Shown here in pieces: positions 12,990 to 25,552 of a stretch of DNA of 64,000 nucleotides. Numbering within the stretch: position 1 is the stretch's first letter; each line of letters begins with the position of its first letter. The translations under genes were made by a program, and so were the position numbers. The stretch covers positions 268,460,001 through 268,524,000 of the forward strand of contig OZ024743.1 of the NCBI GenBank assembly GCA_964016885.1. Direction: 5' to 3'. This DNA is from Eledone cirrhosa (lineage: Eukaryota). The notes below the pieces were generated by a model. That model was not told the DNA's origin. It searched no databases and worked only from the letters and a program-made list of their open reading frames with translations.

Positions 12990-15325
12990 TTATAATCCCT
13001 CCGATAAGTCGTTCGACCTGCGACGAGTCCACGCCACGACTTTACCATTTAATAAACGCACGCAATTGCCGTCGCAGGTCGATGAACAAACAGAAACACA
13101 ATTTAGTATAGCTAGATCCGAACTTAGAAATATTATAGAACAGTATAGCAAGAAGCATAATAGAATGGAGGCCAAGCAACTGGGAGAAAAATCTGCAAAT
13201 GGCTTGCGTAAGCTCATGCAGCGCTCGCGTAATGGAGAGATAGCATGCTTTCCAACAGACAAGTCTGGCAGAATGTCGGTTGACAGCCTGCCAAACTACA
13301 TCCAGGCAATGCAACCCCACATCACTAACACAAGAGAGGTAACACCATAGGAGCATGAGGATAGAGAAAAAGCCCTCAATGCCCATATGGTGATGTGGAC
13401 GAATATAATGCAGCCCAACAAAAGGACTGCCAACAAGTTCCAGGCCTGGAACAATGACGTGCCGGCGTTGTATGGGCTTCGAAAAGACCATAAAACGGGC
13501 AGTGACCCTGTCACGGGACCACCAACACGGCCAGTCTGTGGAGCTAACATTGCTAGTAACTACAGACTGTCCTACTTCCTCTCCCTGATCATACGCCCCA
13601 TCATTGAAATGTCCCCAGATGTATGTGACAGCACGGAGGACCTCCTCAGCAGAATCGGCGAGAGTAACCGATCTAGGGACCTAACAAACTGCATAATAGG
13701 TAGTATGGATGTTGTGTCCCTGTATCCATCTATTGACGTGGATTTTGCTGTGGAGAAATGCGTAGAAATGATCAGTGAGAGCAATGTTGAGTTCCGTGGG
13801 ATTGATACCAGTGAGCTGGGACTCCTACTTACACTTACCTATAGTAATAATCACCTAGACACATATGACCTTAGCAACCTGTGCCCTACAAGACCAGCAA
13901 GAGGCAGACCACCTACCATTACCTCAATGGCCAAGAAAACCCACACAGATAGATGGAACGGGTGGACCAGAGCCATACGGACACCCGAAAACCACGATGA
14001 ACTGAAGAAAATGATTGCACATGCGGTAGGGGCCAGCATAAAACTAACCCTTAAGGAACATATGTTCAAATTTAATGGAAAAACATATGCCCAAGAGGAA
14101 GGAGCAGCCATTGGTGTTAGCATTGCAAGCGACATAGCTAACTTATTCATGGTATGGTGGGACAGTAGACTTATGCTTAAACTCAAAGAACAATTAGAAG
14201 ACCCCTTAACCCTGATAATGTACTCCCGCTACGTTGATGATATAAACATCGTAGTTAAGACACCCCCACTAGAGAACAGTCAGGAAATAGAGAAAAACAC
14301 AATGGAAAGCATCCAGCAAATAGCTAACTCCATCCACCAGAGTATTAGAGTTACTATAGACTACCCAAGTAAACACCCCAACCATCGATTACCTGTACTA
14401 GACACAGAGCTCTGGTTAGATACCATTAATAACAAAAAACAAATCCTCCATTCCCATTATGCCAAACCCATGACTTCCAAACATCTGATCCACCGAAACT
14501 CGGCTGTTTCGGACCATACCAAAATCAACATACTGATTGCGGATTTGGTACGGGTGATGAGAAACGTGTCCCGCATGTGCAACCCCGAATAACTAGAGAG
14601 ACACATACAACACTTCATCCACCGTATGCAGTTCTCTGGTTACAATCAGAGAGACAAAATCAGAGTTTATAGAGGAGCCAGAACCAAATGGGAAAAAATG
14701 GTAAATAACGACATAAATAGGACCTGCCCCTTGTATAGGAGCAAATTTTGGAATAGAATAGAAAGAACTAGGAATAAGGCTAATAGAATAAACTCATGGT
14801 ATGATAGCAATAAATACCAGAGTGTAATGTTCATCGATACAACCCCTAGAGGTGAATTAGCTTACAAATTTAGAAGGGCCCTAGATAAACATAAACTCAA
14901 TATTAAGATAGTAGAAAGACCAGGTACCTCCGTCAAAACACTTATTAGCAAGACATACCCTTTTCAAAGACCCCCATGTATAGATAAGAAATGTATAACC
15001 TGTAAAATAAGCCCCCATATTAACTGTAAAACTAGAAATGTAGTGTATAGCATAAGATGTACTGAAGGACAATGTAGAGACAAAAATATAGTGTACATAG
15101 GTGAGATAGCTCGTAGTGTAGCGGAACGGATAAATGAACACTGGCGAGACCTTCAAGATAGTAAAGAATCATCTGTACTCTACCAACACGCTAAAATAGA
15201 ACACAAGGGTAAATTAGAGAACATAGAAATAAAAATAGAATCTACACACAGAAAAGACGCAATGTTTAGACAAATCACAGAGGCAATAAACATAAAATAA
15301 TTACAACCAAAATTAAATCGATGAT
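12990..15325 (+). mobile_element. Penelope-like retroelement, RT + C-terminal GIY-YIG, disrupted (family B, copy 1)
   Basis: In-frame ORFs 13066-13350, 13387-14592 and 14626-15300 separated by single stops; DKS motif, YGLRKDHK..RPV, SMDVVSLYPSI, QEEGAAIG, RYVDD, CxxxxCxxC..C linker, VVY..C..YIGE..R...R..EH. Confidence 0.93.
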
Positions 15326-15371
15326 TTCTAAAGAATGAAACAGTTCTAGTCATGTAGAATCTCATCTATAT

Positions 15372-15452
<81 letters not shown>

Positions 15453-16084
15453 GGAGAGAGAGAGAGATAGTGAGGGAGAGAGAGGGAGGTATATAGATGT
15501 AGTGTAAAATGTGATTAAAATAAATGCAAAACAAAAGCACCACACGAAAATTAAAAAGGATAGGGAGATTGAGAGAAAGGAAAGAAGAAATTTGGCATGG
15601 AAACGATAAACGATCGGTTGAAGGTAAACAACACGGAAACAGCATCTTCAGCTGTCACCAATCCCGCACAAATTCGCATACGCCTGGACAGGACCGTGGT
15701 AATTCTAATGGCATGAAGCATTTATGTATATATTTGAGTGTACGAAGCGGAAAGGAAAGGCACCCAATGGCAAACCTATGACAAAGTGTTCATAGATATT
15801 CTTCTTCTTCTTCTTCTTCTTCTTCTTCTTCTTCTTCTTCTTCTTCTTCTTCTTCTTCTTCTTCTTCTTCTCCTTCTTCTTCTTCTTCTTCTTCTTCTTC
15901 TTCTTCTTCTTCTTCTTCTTCTTCAGCTTTGTAATATAACACACTTCATAACAATGCACAAGAAACACAATCACATCGATAATGTTATATATATATATAT
16001 ATATAATGGCGGAGGAAGTGAATACTGTACACACGCGCACACATATATGTATATATAGGTAAATATATATATATATGGAAATAT

Positions 16085-16121
<37 letters not shown>

Positions 16122-16591
16122 TGATATAAATCTTCTCAGCTATCCGAGTAATATATATTAATATATCTTTCTTGGGCAAGAACGACACAAAAACTACAAC
16201 TACAAAAACCATCAACGAGAAAAAGAACAAAAATAAATAACAAAAAAACAACAACAACACTAATAGTGAAAAACACTTTACACTTTACTAAACAATTGGA
16301 AAACTTGCGAGCGTACTATTTAAGTAAGACACCACAAAGGATATTTAGAGGCATTGTAGGGTGGTGTAATCAAGAAGTCTTTGCGTCCGGCCTCTATTGT
16401 GTGGTCGGTGAGATGAGTCAGCTGGCTTTTTTCACCAGTTTAGTTCCATTACCGCAGAAATGTTTCTACAGAATACAACACCTTAAATGATGATTGACAC
16501 CTCTGACATTGCTGCTTTTGTTGCCGAGACAAACAGCCGATGAAAGGCAATATCGATATGCATTGTATGGATGATGTATTTATACATACTC

Positions 16592-16726
<135 letters not shown>

Positions 16727-16799
16727 AGTTAGATATATAGATAGATAGATAGATAGATAGATAGGTATTATATATATATATATATATATATATTATATT

Positions 16800-16835
<36 letters not shown>

Positions 16836-16855
16836 ATATTATATATATATATATT

Positions 16856-16909
<54 letters not shown>

Positions 16910-16925
16910 ATATATTATATATATA

Positions 16926-16978
<53 letters not shown>

Positions 16979-17464
16979 ATTATATATATATATATATATT
17001 ATATATAATTATATATAAATAGATAGATAGATAGAAGCACGCATACAAACACGCGAGTGTAAATAAATAAATATATATGTATGTGTGTGTGTGTGTGTGT
17101 CTGTTTCAGTGTGTACAGAAGTGTGTATGTGTATATATAATATATCATTGTGCATGCGCTGTACTTCAGTTTATGTAAATCTGCTTGATTTTATGTATTT
17201 GAGTAAAATCTACATGCACACTTACACACATATGATGATTTCGTACGAATGAAACAGTTATAGTCACATGTTGTAAAAGTCAATTCTATAATAAAATGTA
17301 TATTTTTAAATTCTACTAACGTTCTGAGTACCTTTTTTTACATCGGGAATCCACACACTCACACAGAGACACACACAAACACATATATACATACACACAC
17401 ACACGCATATATATATATATATATAAATATATACACACACACACACATCTCTCTCTCTCTCTCG

Positions 17465-17495
<31 letters not shown>

Positions 17496-17827
17496 ATATA
17501 TATATATATATATACTTATTTATTTATTTATATATATATATATATACATACGCATACACACACACACATATATATATATATGTGTGTGTGTGTGTGTTGT
17601 CATGTTCATTAAACGTGGCAAAATATTTGTGTGTACCTGTGTATCTTCAATGTCTGCATGGCAGGCGATTGAACACGAGAAACTCCCTATTCATTTTTCT
17701 GTAAATCACGATATCGACCCAGATAGTCGATAGTTATCGATACTATAGATTTAAGTAAGGGTCAGTTATAGAAGATATAATAAATTCAATCTGTCACAAT
17801 CTTTCTTTCGCTCTCCCACTCTCTCTC

Positions 17828-17858
<31 letters not shown>

Positions 17859-18626
17859 GTCTCTTTCTCTCCCTCTCCCTCCCTCTCTCTCTCTATCTGT
17901 CTCTCTATATATATACGTACAAATATACATATATACGTACATGCATACATATGTATATACATACATACACGTATATTCGAAGATAAAACTTTCTGGATTT
18001 TGCACATTCTTAATACTTATATTCCCACTTCTTAGGTTTTTCACCTTCACTTCCGACTTCCCCACTTTCGACTCTCCCACCACCATCACCGCCAACAACA
18101 ACAACAACAAACCAATCTACTATTTCAGAATGTTCTTCATTACATTTACTATTATCACCCCTTTATGCTATCAGAAACTATACATCTTTTAGTAGCTTTC
18201 GTTTTAGCATTTTCATTTTACTTGTTTCGTTCTATATTATATCTCTTCTATCTATTTTGCCTCTTGCTATTTCTACGACAGGCGGCGTTGTTTATCTTCA
18301 AGTATATCCATCGTTTCGATTACATCGTAGCATTCTTTACAAAAGATCATATCTATTCTTTTTAAAAAGAATCGGGAGATCGTTAGACGGTAGACGGGAG
18401 TTTACGTTAGTATGGAAAATAACTACAATATACCATGACCTGAAGATCTAGCTATGCGCAGTCCACATTTATAAATTATCAACAATTGTATACGCGAACG
18501 CTTGCATTTTAATACGCATTCTAACACCCATTTATATGAATCCACGTACGTATGTATGTACGTACCAACGTATGTAGTACGTATGTATGTATATGTGTAT
18601 GTATGTATGCATGTATGTATATATGC

Positions 18627-18688
<62 letters not shown>

Positions 18689-18953
18689 CATGTATATATA
18701 TATATATATATTATATATATATATGTATATATATATATTTGTGTGTGTGGAGGGGGCTGTATGTGTTTGTCTGTATTTAAATTCATATATATGCTTGCAT
18801 TTATTATCTTCGAAAATAATAAGTTTTTCACATTATTGTGGACAGACACAAGCCAGAAGTATGTATATAGATAGATGTGTTAGTGTTTGTGTGTGTATGT
18901 GCCCGTGTGTCTGTATATGTATTCATATATCTAAATATATACACATATACATG

Positions 18954-19019
<66 letters not shown>

Positions 19020-19097
19020 ACATATATATTAATATATGTATATATTTATATATATATATATATATATATGTATACATATATATTAATATATGTATAT

Positions 19098-19133
<36 letters not shown>

Positions 19134-19156
19134 ACATATATATTAATATATGTATA

Positions 19157-19201
<45 letters not shown>

Positions 19202-19545
19202 GTATGTATGAATGTGTGTGTGGTTGTGTGAGCGTGTGTGTGTGTACATGTGTCTTTATATATAATCGTGGAACGATTATCAAGACGTTTACATACAATG
19301 CAGCTTTTAACTAAGCGTAGTGTTTGTTTTTAACCTTATGACATTTGTTATTAACAATGGAAACAGTAAAATCGCATTGTCTCAGTATTCAACCATATCT
19401 ATTCTCCATTCCTGCAAGAATATGAATCTTGGACGGACAGCCGATTCTCCTCTATATACTTTCTTTAGAATGATCGTATCTTGGCAAGTGTCTTTGCATC
19501 AAGGATATCGGAACCAACGTAAATATATTTATATATATATATATG

Positions 19546-19599
<54 letters not shown>

Positions 19600-19605
19600 G
19601 TATAC

Positions 19606-19682
<77 letters not shown>

Positions 19683-19719
19683 GTATACATTTATATATAT
19701 ATATATATATATATATGTG

Positions 19720-19756
<37 letters not shown>

Positions 19757-19826
19757 TATATATATGTATATATATATATTATATATATGTATGTATATAT
19801 ATATATATAAATATATTATATATATG

Positions 19827-19901
<75 letters not shown>

Positions 19902-19994
19902 ATATATATATATTATATATATGTATGTATATATATATAATAAATAATAATAAATAATAATAAATTTGAAAACTAAAATCCAAATATTTTATAT

Positions 19995-20090
19995 ATAACT
20001 TTCCCTTTCATCCTTACGGGGTCGATAAAATAAAGTACCAGTAATGTACTGGGTATTTCCTGGCCTTGTGCCAAAAGTAGAAACAATTAT
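19995..20090 (+). mobile_element. SINE 3' fragment (Meta-domain-like family)
   Basis: CCTTTCATCCTTACGGGGTCGATAAAATAAAGTACCAGTAATGTACTGG..GGCCTTGTGCCAAAAGTAGAAAC. Confidence 0.8.
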
Positions 20091-20170
20091 ATATATACAT
20101 ATATATAATATTTATATATATATATATATATATATATTATATTATATTATATTATATTATATTATATAAC

Positions 20171-20222
<52 letters not shown>

Positions 20223-20306
20223 AACATTATATATATATATATATTTATATATATGTATATATAAATATTATATATATATATGTGTATGTATATATATATA
20301 TATATA

Positions 20307-20405
20307 GTAATAATAATTAAATTGAAGACTAAAATCCAAAGAGGGCTCGATAAGGATAAATATATATCAAATATATAAGAACCGTAGAGCAAATCTGTTA
20401 TTTTA

Positions 20406-20410
<5 letters not shown>
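20307..20410 (-). mobile_element. Mini element in (TA)n (family C), minimal version of 51089-51305
   Basis: GAAGACTAAAATCCAAAGAGGGCTCGATAAGGATAAAT..AAGAACCGTAGAGCAAAT near-identical to 51107-51177, joined to CTGTTATTTTAATA (= 51292-51305). Confidence 0.75.
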
Positions 20411-20436
<26 letters not shown>

Positions 20437-20528
20437 ACGAAGGAAATGTGGTAAGGAACCAGGTGGACCATAATGCACCAAAGTACTCAATACTTAGGGT
20501 TGTAGAGTGGGTAATAGGAACAAGTAAG

Positions 20529-20622
20529 ACCCCGACGGCTGAGCTCAAGCTGTTTCGACGGCTAATTCTGGACTGAATGAACATTTATTCTGGTATTTAA
20601 ATAGCCGAGCTTATCAAGGGGT
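20529..20622 (-). ncRNA. Type I hammerhead ribozyme, U3-A8 variant core, long stem II
   Basis: ACCCC-TTGATAA-[G..CGGCTA...TAGCCGTC]-GAA-ACAGCT tgagctc AGCCGT-C-GGGGT; GUC triplet; one stem III mismatch. Confidence 0.75.
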
Positions 20623-21834
20623 AATTCCATATATGGTCAAACAGATAATCACCGGGATTGGTCACATCACAAGTTAGTAGTAAATCTGTGGTGGCAAATT
20701 GGTGGGTGAAGGGGTCGCTGAACCTGCCGGTAGGAGAAAAGGTGAGAGGAGGTTGAGTAAACCCATTCATGCGTTGGTAGTGCCAGCTACAGCTGGGTGT
20801 GAGGTCAAAGAAGATACTGGGGAGGGGGAGGGGGAGGAAGTCGAAACGGTAAGTAGAACAATGACGGGTAAAACTATAAAAAGTACTGAGAGTGAAAAAA
20901 AAAAAAAAAAAAAAAAAAATAAGCAAAGTCTGGTTACTAAGACTTAAGTCTCTCGCTATTGCTAGGCTAAAGAAATACATAAATAAATAAATAAACAAAT
21001 AAGTGAATAAAACAATAGATAAATAAATTAAAAAAAATATATATATATTTATATATATATAATGAAGAATAAAAAATAAATAAAAATAAACTAGGTGGGA
21101 CGGAAATAAAGGGACCCTTATACGAGGTATAAGTGCGTGTATCGTACGGTGACGGGTCAACAAAGGGGGGGGGGGGCAAAATACTAAAGAGACTACCACG
21201 AAATAATAAAGGTTTCTACCCCAATCACAGGGCCAGCAACCACCCAGAGCAAGAAAGTAAACTAGTACGAGAATATAATTCAGGGTCCCGCAAAAAAATA
21301 CTCGTGCTAACTCTAAGGGTACCGCCACGAAACAAAAAGTCTTATACAAGCTAAATGAAAGATCGTACGAAGTAAAAGTAAAGAACGGAAAATTAATACA
21401 GAACACCCCCACCCCCCCCACCCCACCCCCCAAAAAAAAAAGGGAAAAAGAGGAAAGAAATACTGGATAAACGAGAAATTAAAGCAAAGATGCCACTAAG
21501 AAATATAGAAGGCACGGAAAAAAGGGACAGCGGTCGGAGAAGGGGGCAAGTATCCGAAGTCTAGCACCTCTGATATAAAAAGCGGAGTCAGCCAAATCTA
21601 TCATAGAATAGGGGAGGGGGTGGTAGTGCTGAAGCTACAAGGGACTGAGGGGCTACCTCGGGTGGGCGAAAAAGACGACGACAAAGAAAGTGAACTGGGG
21701 TAGAAGGACTAGGGAGGGATGGGGGGAAGGAGGAAATATAGAGGAAGCGATAAAAAATGTAAAAGAAGATCTTACGACTCCATTGGCAAGCAGGGGTTAC
21801 CCCTTACAAAATAGGCAAGTGGGGTGTTATAGCC

Positions 21835-23387
21835 CTAGTCTACCCCCCCCCCCCCCCCCGGGTCATTATGGGGTTTGAGCGCGAGGTAAGTCCTACGTAA
21901 TCGGTGTTTACATGCAGTAACCAGTTCATCTTTCTTGTTTAGGAGTTGGTCCGTCGAAAACAGCATTTGTAAAGTTTCCTCCGAGCATAAATTGCACGGA
22001 CGGCGTCCTCCCGTGTAAGAGTTGGCTCTGGACAGTAATTTCCAAGTGAGATCATAGTTGATGTTGTTGTCCTTGAGGTCCCATATGTGGCCCGAAAGTG
22101 TAGTGGCGTGACGCCGGGCCGGGTTTCGGAAGGTATGTCTGTGTTGGTATAGCCGGGTCTTGAAGTCACATGCGGTTAATCCTATATAAGCTTTGTTGGA
22201 GGTGTCCGTGCTCACGTTGCACTGGTAGATCACATTACGGTCTCTGCATCTGTTGTCGAGGGGGCAACTGGATCTATCTGGACAGTTGCACCTCCTGGTC
22301 GGCTCTCCACTGTTATTTAGGTTGTTTCTTCCATCGGGGTTGAGTTTTTTGTTGTTGGAGGAGACGATGTTTTGTGCGAAGTTAGGTGTAGTGCTGTAAG
22401 AGAGTTTGATGGTATTTTTGTTAATTATGTTGTGGTAGCGGTGTTGTGGTGGGAAGTGTTTTTCAATGAGCCTAAAGAAAATTTTCCCGATGGGAGTTGT
22501 CACCTCGGCGTTGTGGGGAAGATTGAACCATGTTACATTGCGTGAGCGGCGGTGTCGCCTGCTGGTTCCGCTAATGGGAGCTGGACAGTAGGATATTTCC
22601 TCCCGGAAGCCACTCCGCTTGAGGGCCTGAATGTAGTAAGGCGCATATTCATCGAATATCTTCTCATTGGCTGACAAACGGGATATGTTTTTGACCAGGT
22701 TGTTGGTGATGTTCCTAGGATGGTTAGATCGGCGGTGGATGTAGTGCAGGTTGTCATTGGGTTTCCTGTATGGGTAGTACAGGTCATTATTGAGATCGAG
22801 GGTAACGTCCAGGAAATTAACTCGTGTCTGGGACGTTTGTAGGGTTATTTTAAATCCCCAGTCGCGGAAGAAGCTGATTAATTGTTTACGGACCCGATCT
22901 GTACTATTGGGGTTGTACCCTTTAAGGGTAAGGAGCCCATCATCACGGTACAATCCACCACCGAAGGCAGGAAACATATCGGTGAGTTTGGCTATAAGGA
23001 ATAATCCTATAAGATCTGTAACCTCCGCCGAATGCGTAGCGCCCATGCTGACGTCGAAGGGTGAGTCGGGAGCTCTTTTTATCCATTTGGAGTTGTCAAA
23101 GAGTAAGACTGTCTTCCTGGCGTGGAGGATGATTTTTCTTTCCTGGTCGGTGATGGGCACGAGTGCTTCGGCGAAGTCCAAGGCGGCAGTAAGTAGCGGT
23201 AATGTGATAGAAGCATAGTAGCTCTCTATGTCGAACTGGATAAATTTAGTGTCTCGTTTATCCTCCATATTGCTGAACCATGAGATAACTTCCTGGGTGT
23301 TGATCCATAGGCTAAGTCGGGCGAGTTGCTTGACTTTTGGTATCACGCGGTCTAGGATTTTTTTGCTGATTCTCCGTATGTCGGACT
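21835..23387 (-). pseudogene. 5'-truncated Penelope-like RT + GIY-YIG reading frame (open over ~515 codons)
   Basis: QFDIESYYASI, FDVSMGA..SAE, GLYRDDG, VNFLDVTL, YIHRRSNHP, CNC..CPL...C, VIY.C..YIGLT..FKTR..H, CNLCSEE; frame continues to 23387 (SDIRRISKKILDRV), where the inversion starts. Confidence 0.92.
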
Positions 23388-23755
23388 TTTTTTGGGGGGG
23401 GGGGTTCTGTATTAATTTTCCCTTCTTTACTTTTACTTCGTACGATCTTTCATGTAGCTTGTATAAGACTTTTTGTTTCGTGGCGGTACCCTTAGAGTTA
23501 GCACGAGTATTTTTTTGCGGGACCCTGAATTATATTCTCGTACTAGTTTACTTTCTTGCTCTGGGTGATTGCTGGCCCTGTGATTGGGGTAGAAACCTTT
23601 ATTATTTCGTGGTAGTCTCTTTAGTATTTTGCCCCCCCCCCCCCCCCCTTTGTTGACCCGTCACCGTACGATACACGCACTTATACCTCGTATAAGGGTC
23701 CCTTTATTTCCGTCCCACCTAGTTTATTTTTATTTATTTTTTATTCTTCATTATA

Positions 23756-23786
<31 letters not shown>

Positions 23787-24186
23787 TATTTATTTATTTA
23801 TCTATTGTTTTATTCACTTATTTGTTTATTTATTTATTTATGTATTTCTTTAGCCTAGCAATAGCGAGAGACTTAAGTCTTAGTAACCAGACTTTGCTTT
23901 TTTTTTTTTTTTTTTTCTCTCAGTACTTTTTATAGTTTTACCCTTCATTGTTCTACTTACCGTTTCGACTTCCTCCCCCTCCCCCTCCCCAGTATCTTCT
24001 TTGACCTCACACCCAGCTGTAGCTAGCACTACCAACGCATGAATGGGTTTACTCCACCCCCTCTCCTCTTTTCTCCTACCGGCAGGTTCAGCTACCCCTT
24101 CCCCCACCAATTTGCCATCACAGATTTACTACTAACTTGTGATTTGACCAATCCTGGTGATTATCTCTTTGACCCTATATGCAATT

Positions 24187-24280
24187 ACCCCTTGATAAGC
24201 TCGGCTATTTAAATACCAGAATAAATTTTCATTCAGTCCAGAATTAGCCGTCGAAACGGCTTGAGCTCAGCCGTAGGGGT
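24187..24280 (+). ncRNA. Type I hammerhead ribozyme, U3-A8 variant core, long stem II
   Basis: ACCCC-TTGATAA-(24199-24252 stem II)-GAA-ACGGCT tgagctc AGCCGT-A-GGGGT; perfect 6-bp stem III, 5-bp stem I, GUA triplet (predicted cut after 24275). Confidence 0.8.
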
Positions 24281-24290
24281 CTTACTTGTT

Positions 24291-24327
<37 letters not shown>

Positions 24328-24790
24328 GAAAGGTATAGAAAGTATTGTAGCAAGAAGCCAACAGTATCCCATAATATATAAGTGACTATAGCGTCAAAAT
24401 GGGAAAATAGTTAACGTAAGATGTTGGAAAAATAATTCAAACTCAATTCAAAAAGAATCAGGATATAGATTTATCCAACAGAATTTAGTGAAATCCAGGG
24501 AAAAATCAATAGAGCCTTAACTCATGATAAAATAAAGTTTAAAATACTCATCCTCAATTTGGGACAACTACAAATGCTCTGTATAGTCTTGAAAAAGACT
24601 ATTTCACGTAAACTTTCAGTGGAGATGGTCACGTTTGGAATACGATCATCAGCAGAGCTCAACACGATAGCCAAATTCTCACTGATTAATATGCCAAAAA
24701 GGGAATTTAAAAGCAGGCTAGTTTAACATCATGCGTGATTATGAAAATAAAACGTACATGTGGAAAAGCAGGGCTGGTGACGTCAGAATG

Positions 24791-24848
<58 letters not shown>

Positions 24849-25239
24849 TTATATTTATGTATATATATAATTTTATATATATATATGTATATATAAATAT
24901 TATATATATGTATATATATGTGTGTGTGTGTGTGTATGTGTGTCTGTGTGTCTGTTTTTCTTCTTTTTTGAACGTATGTTTGCATGTATGTTTGTACACA
25001 GGAATGTATATACATATGTATGAATGTATGTATGTATGTATGTATGTATGTATGACGGTAATATATATATATATGTGTGTGTAAGTGAGTAGCGTGTGTG
25101 TGTTTGTTTGTATGTATGAGTGTTGCTCTGCATGCGCGTATGTATGCGTGTGTGTGCGCGCGTATGTATTTGTGTGTGTGCGCGTGTGTATATGTCGTAC
25201 GTATAAGTGTCAATAAGTGAGTTTTTTTTTTGCGCGCGG

Positions 25240-25512
25240 GGAGATAGAAATAATCGGGCTGCATGCCCGATCGTGTAGTTAAACCACTGGGAATGAAGAA
25301 CCTCTAACCCTTGTCAGGGCATTCTTCTAGAAGGCATCTCAGGAAACTGGGTTAACTCCGACATAAAACCTGCAGCTCAGTAGTTACCGATGATGTTGAT
25401 CTTTTCTTCTTTTCTGGTTATAGCTACTGTCGCTCAGAGAGTGGGATTGGCTCAGTGCACAGTCTTTCCTCACTTAAAAATATTCGTCACGCACAGGCAT
25501 TGCACGATTGTA
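25240..25512 (+). mobile_element. Non-coding dispersed repeat related to an RTE 5' region
   Basis: Closely similar to 43929-44210 and more distantly to 43160-43350, which contains the RTE-leader-like GGAGAAGGAAAACTCTGA. Confidence 0.65.
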
Positions 25513-25552
25513 TTAATCATTATTAATAGTGTATTATTATTATTATTATTAT

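Larger units (their letters stand above)
20436..24294 (-). mobile_element. Penelope-like element (family D, YRDD type, possibly Hydra clade), 5'-truncated, with ~0.9-kb inverted copy of its 3' region
   Basis: RT-GIY-YIG ORF on minus strand, ~1.4-kb 3' region to 20436; 23390-24294 is the reverse complement of ~20516-21430; (TA)n on both sides. Confidence 0.92.

Noticed and set aside
20597-21433. 278-aa minus-strand ORF and its mirror ORFs at 23228-24110
   Set aside because: Low-complexity PLE 3' non-coding region; frames are not preserved between the homologous arms
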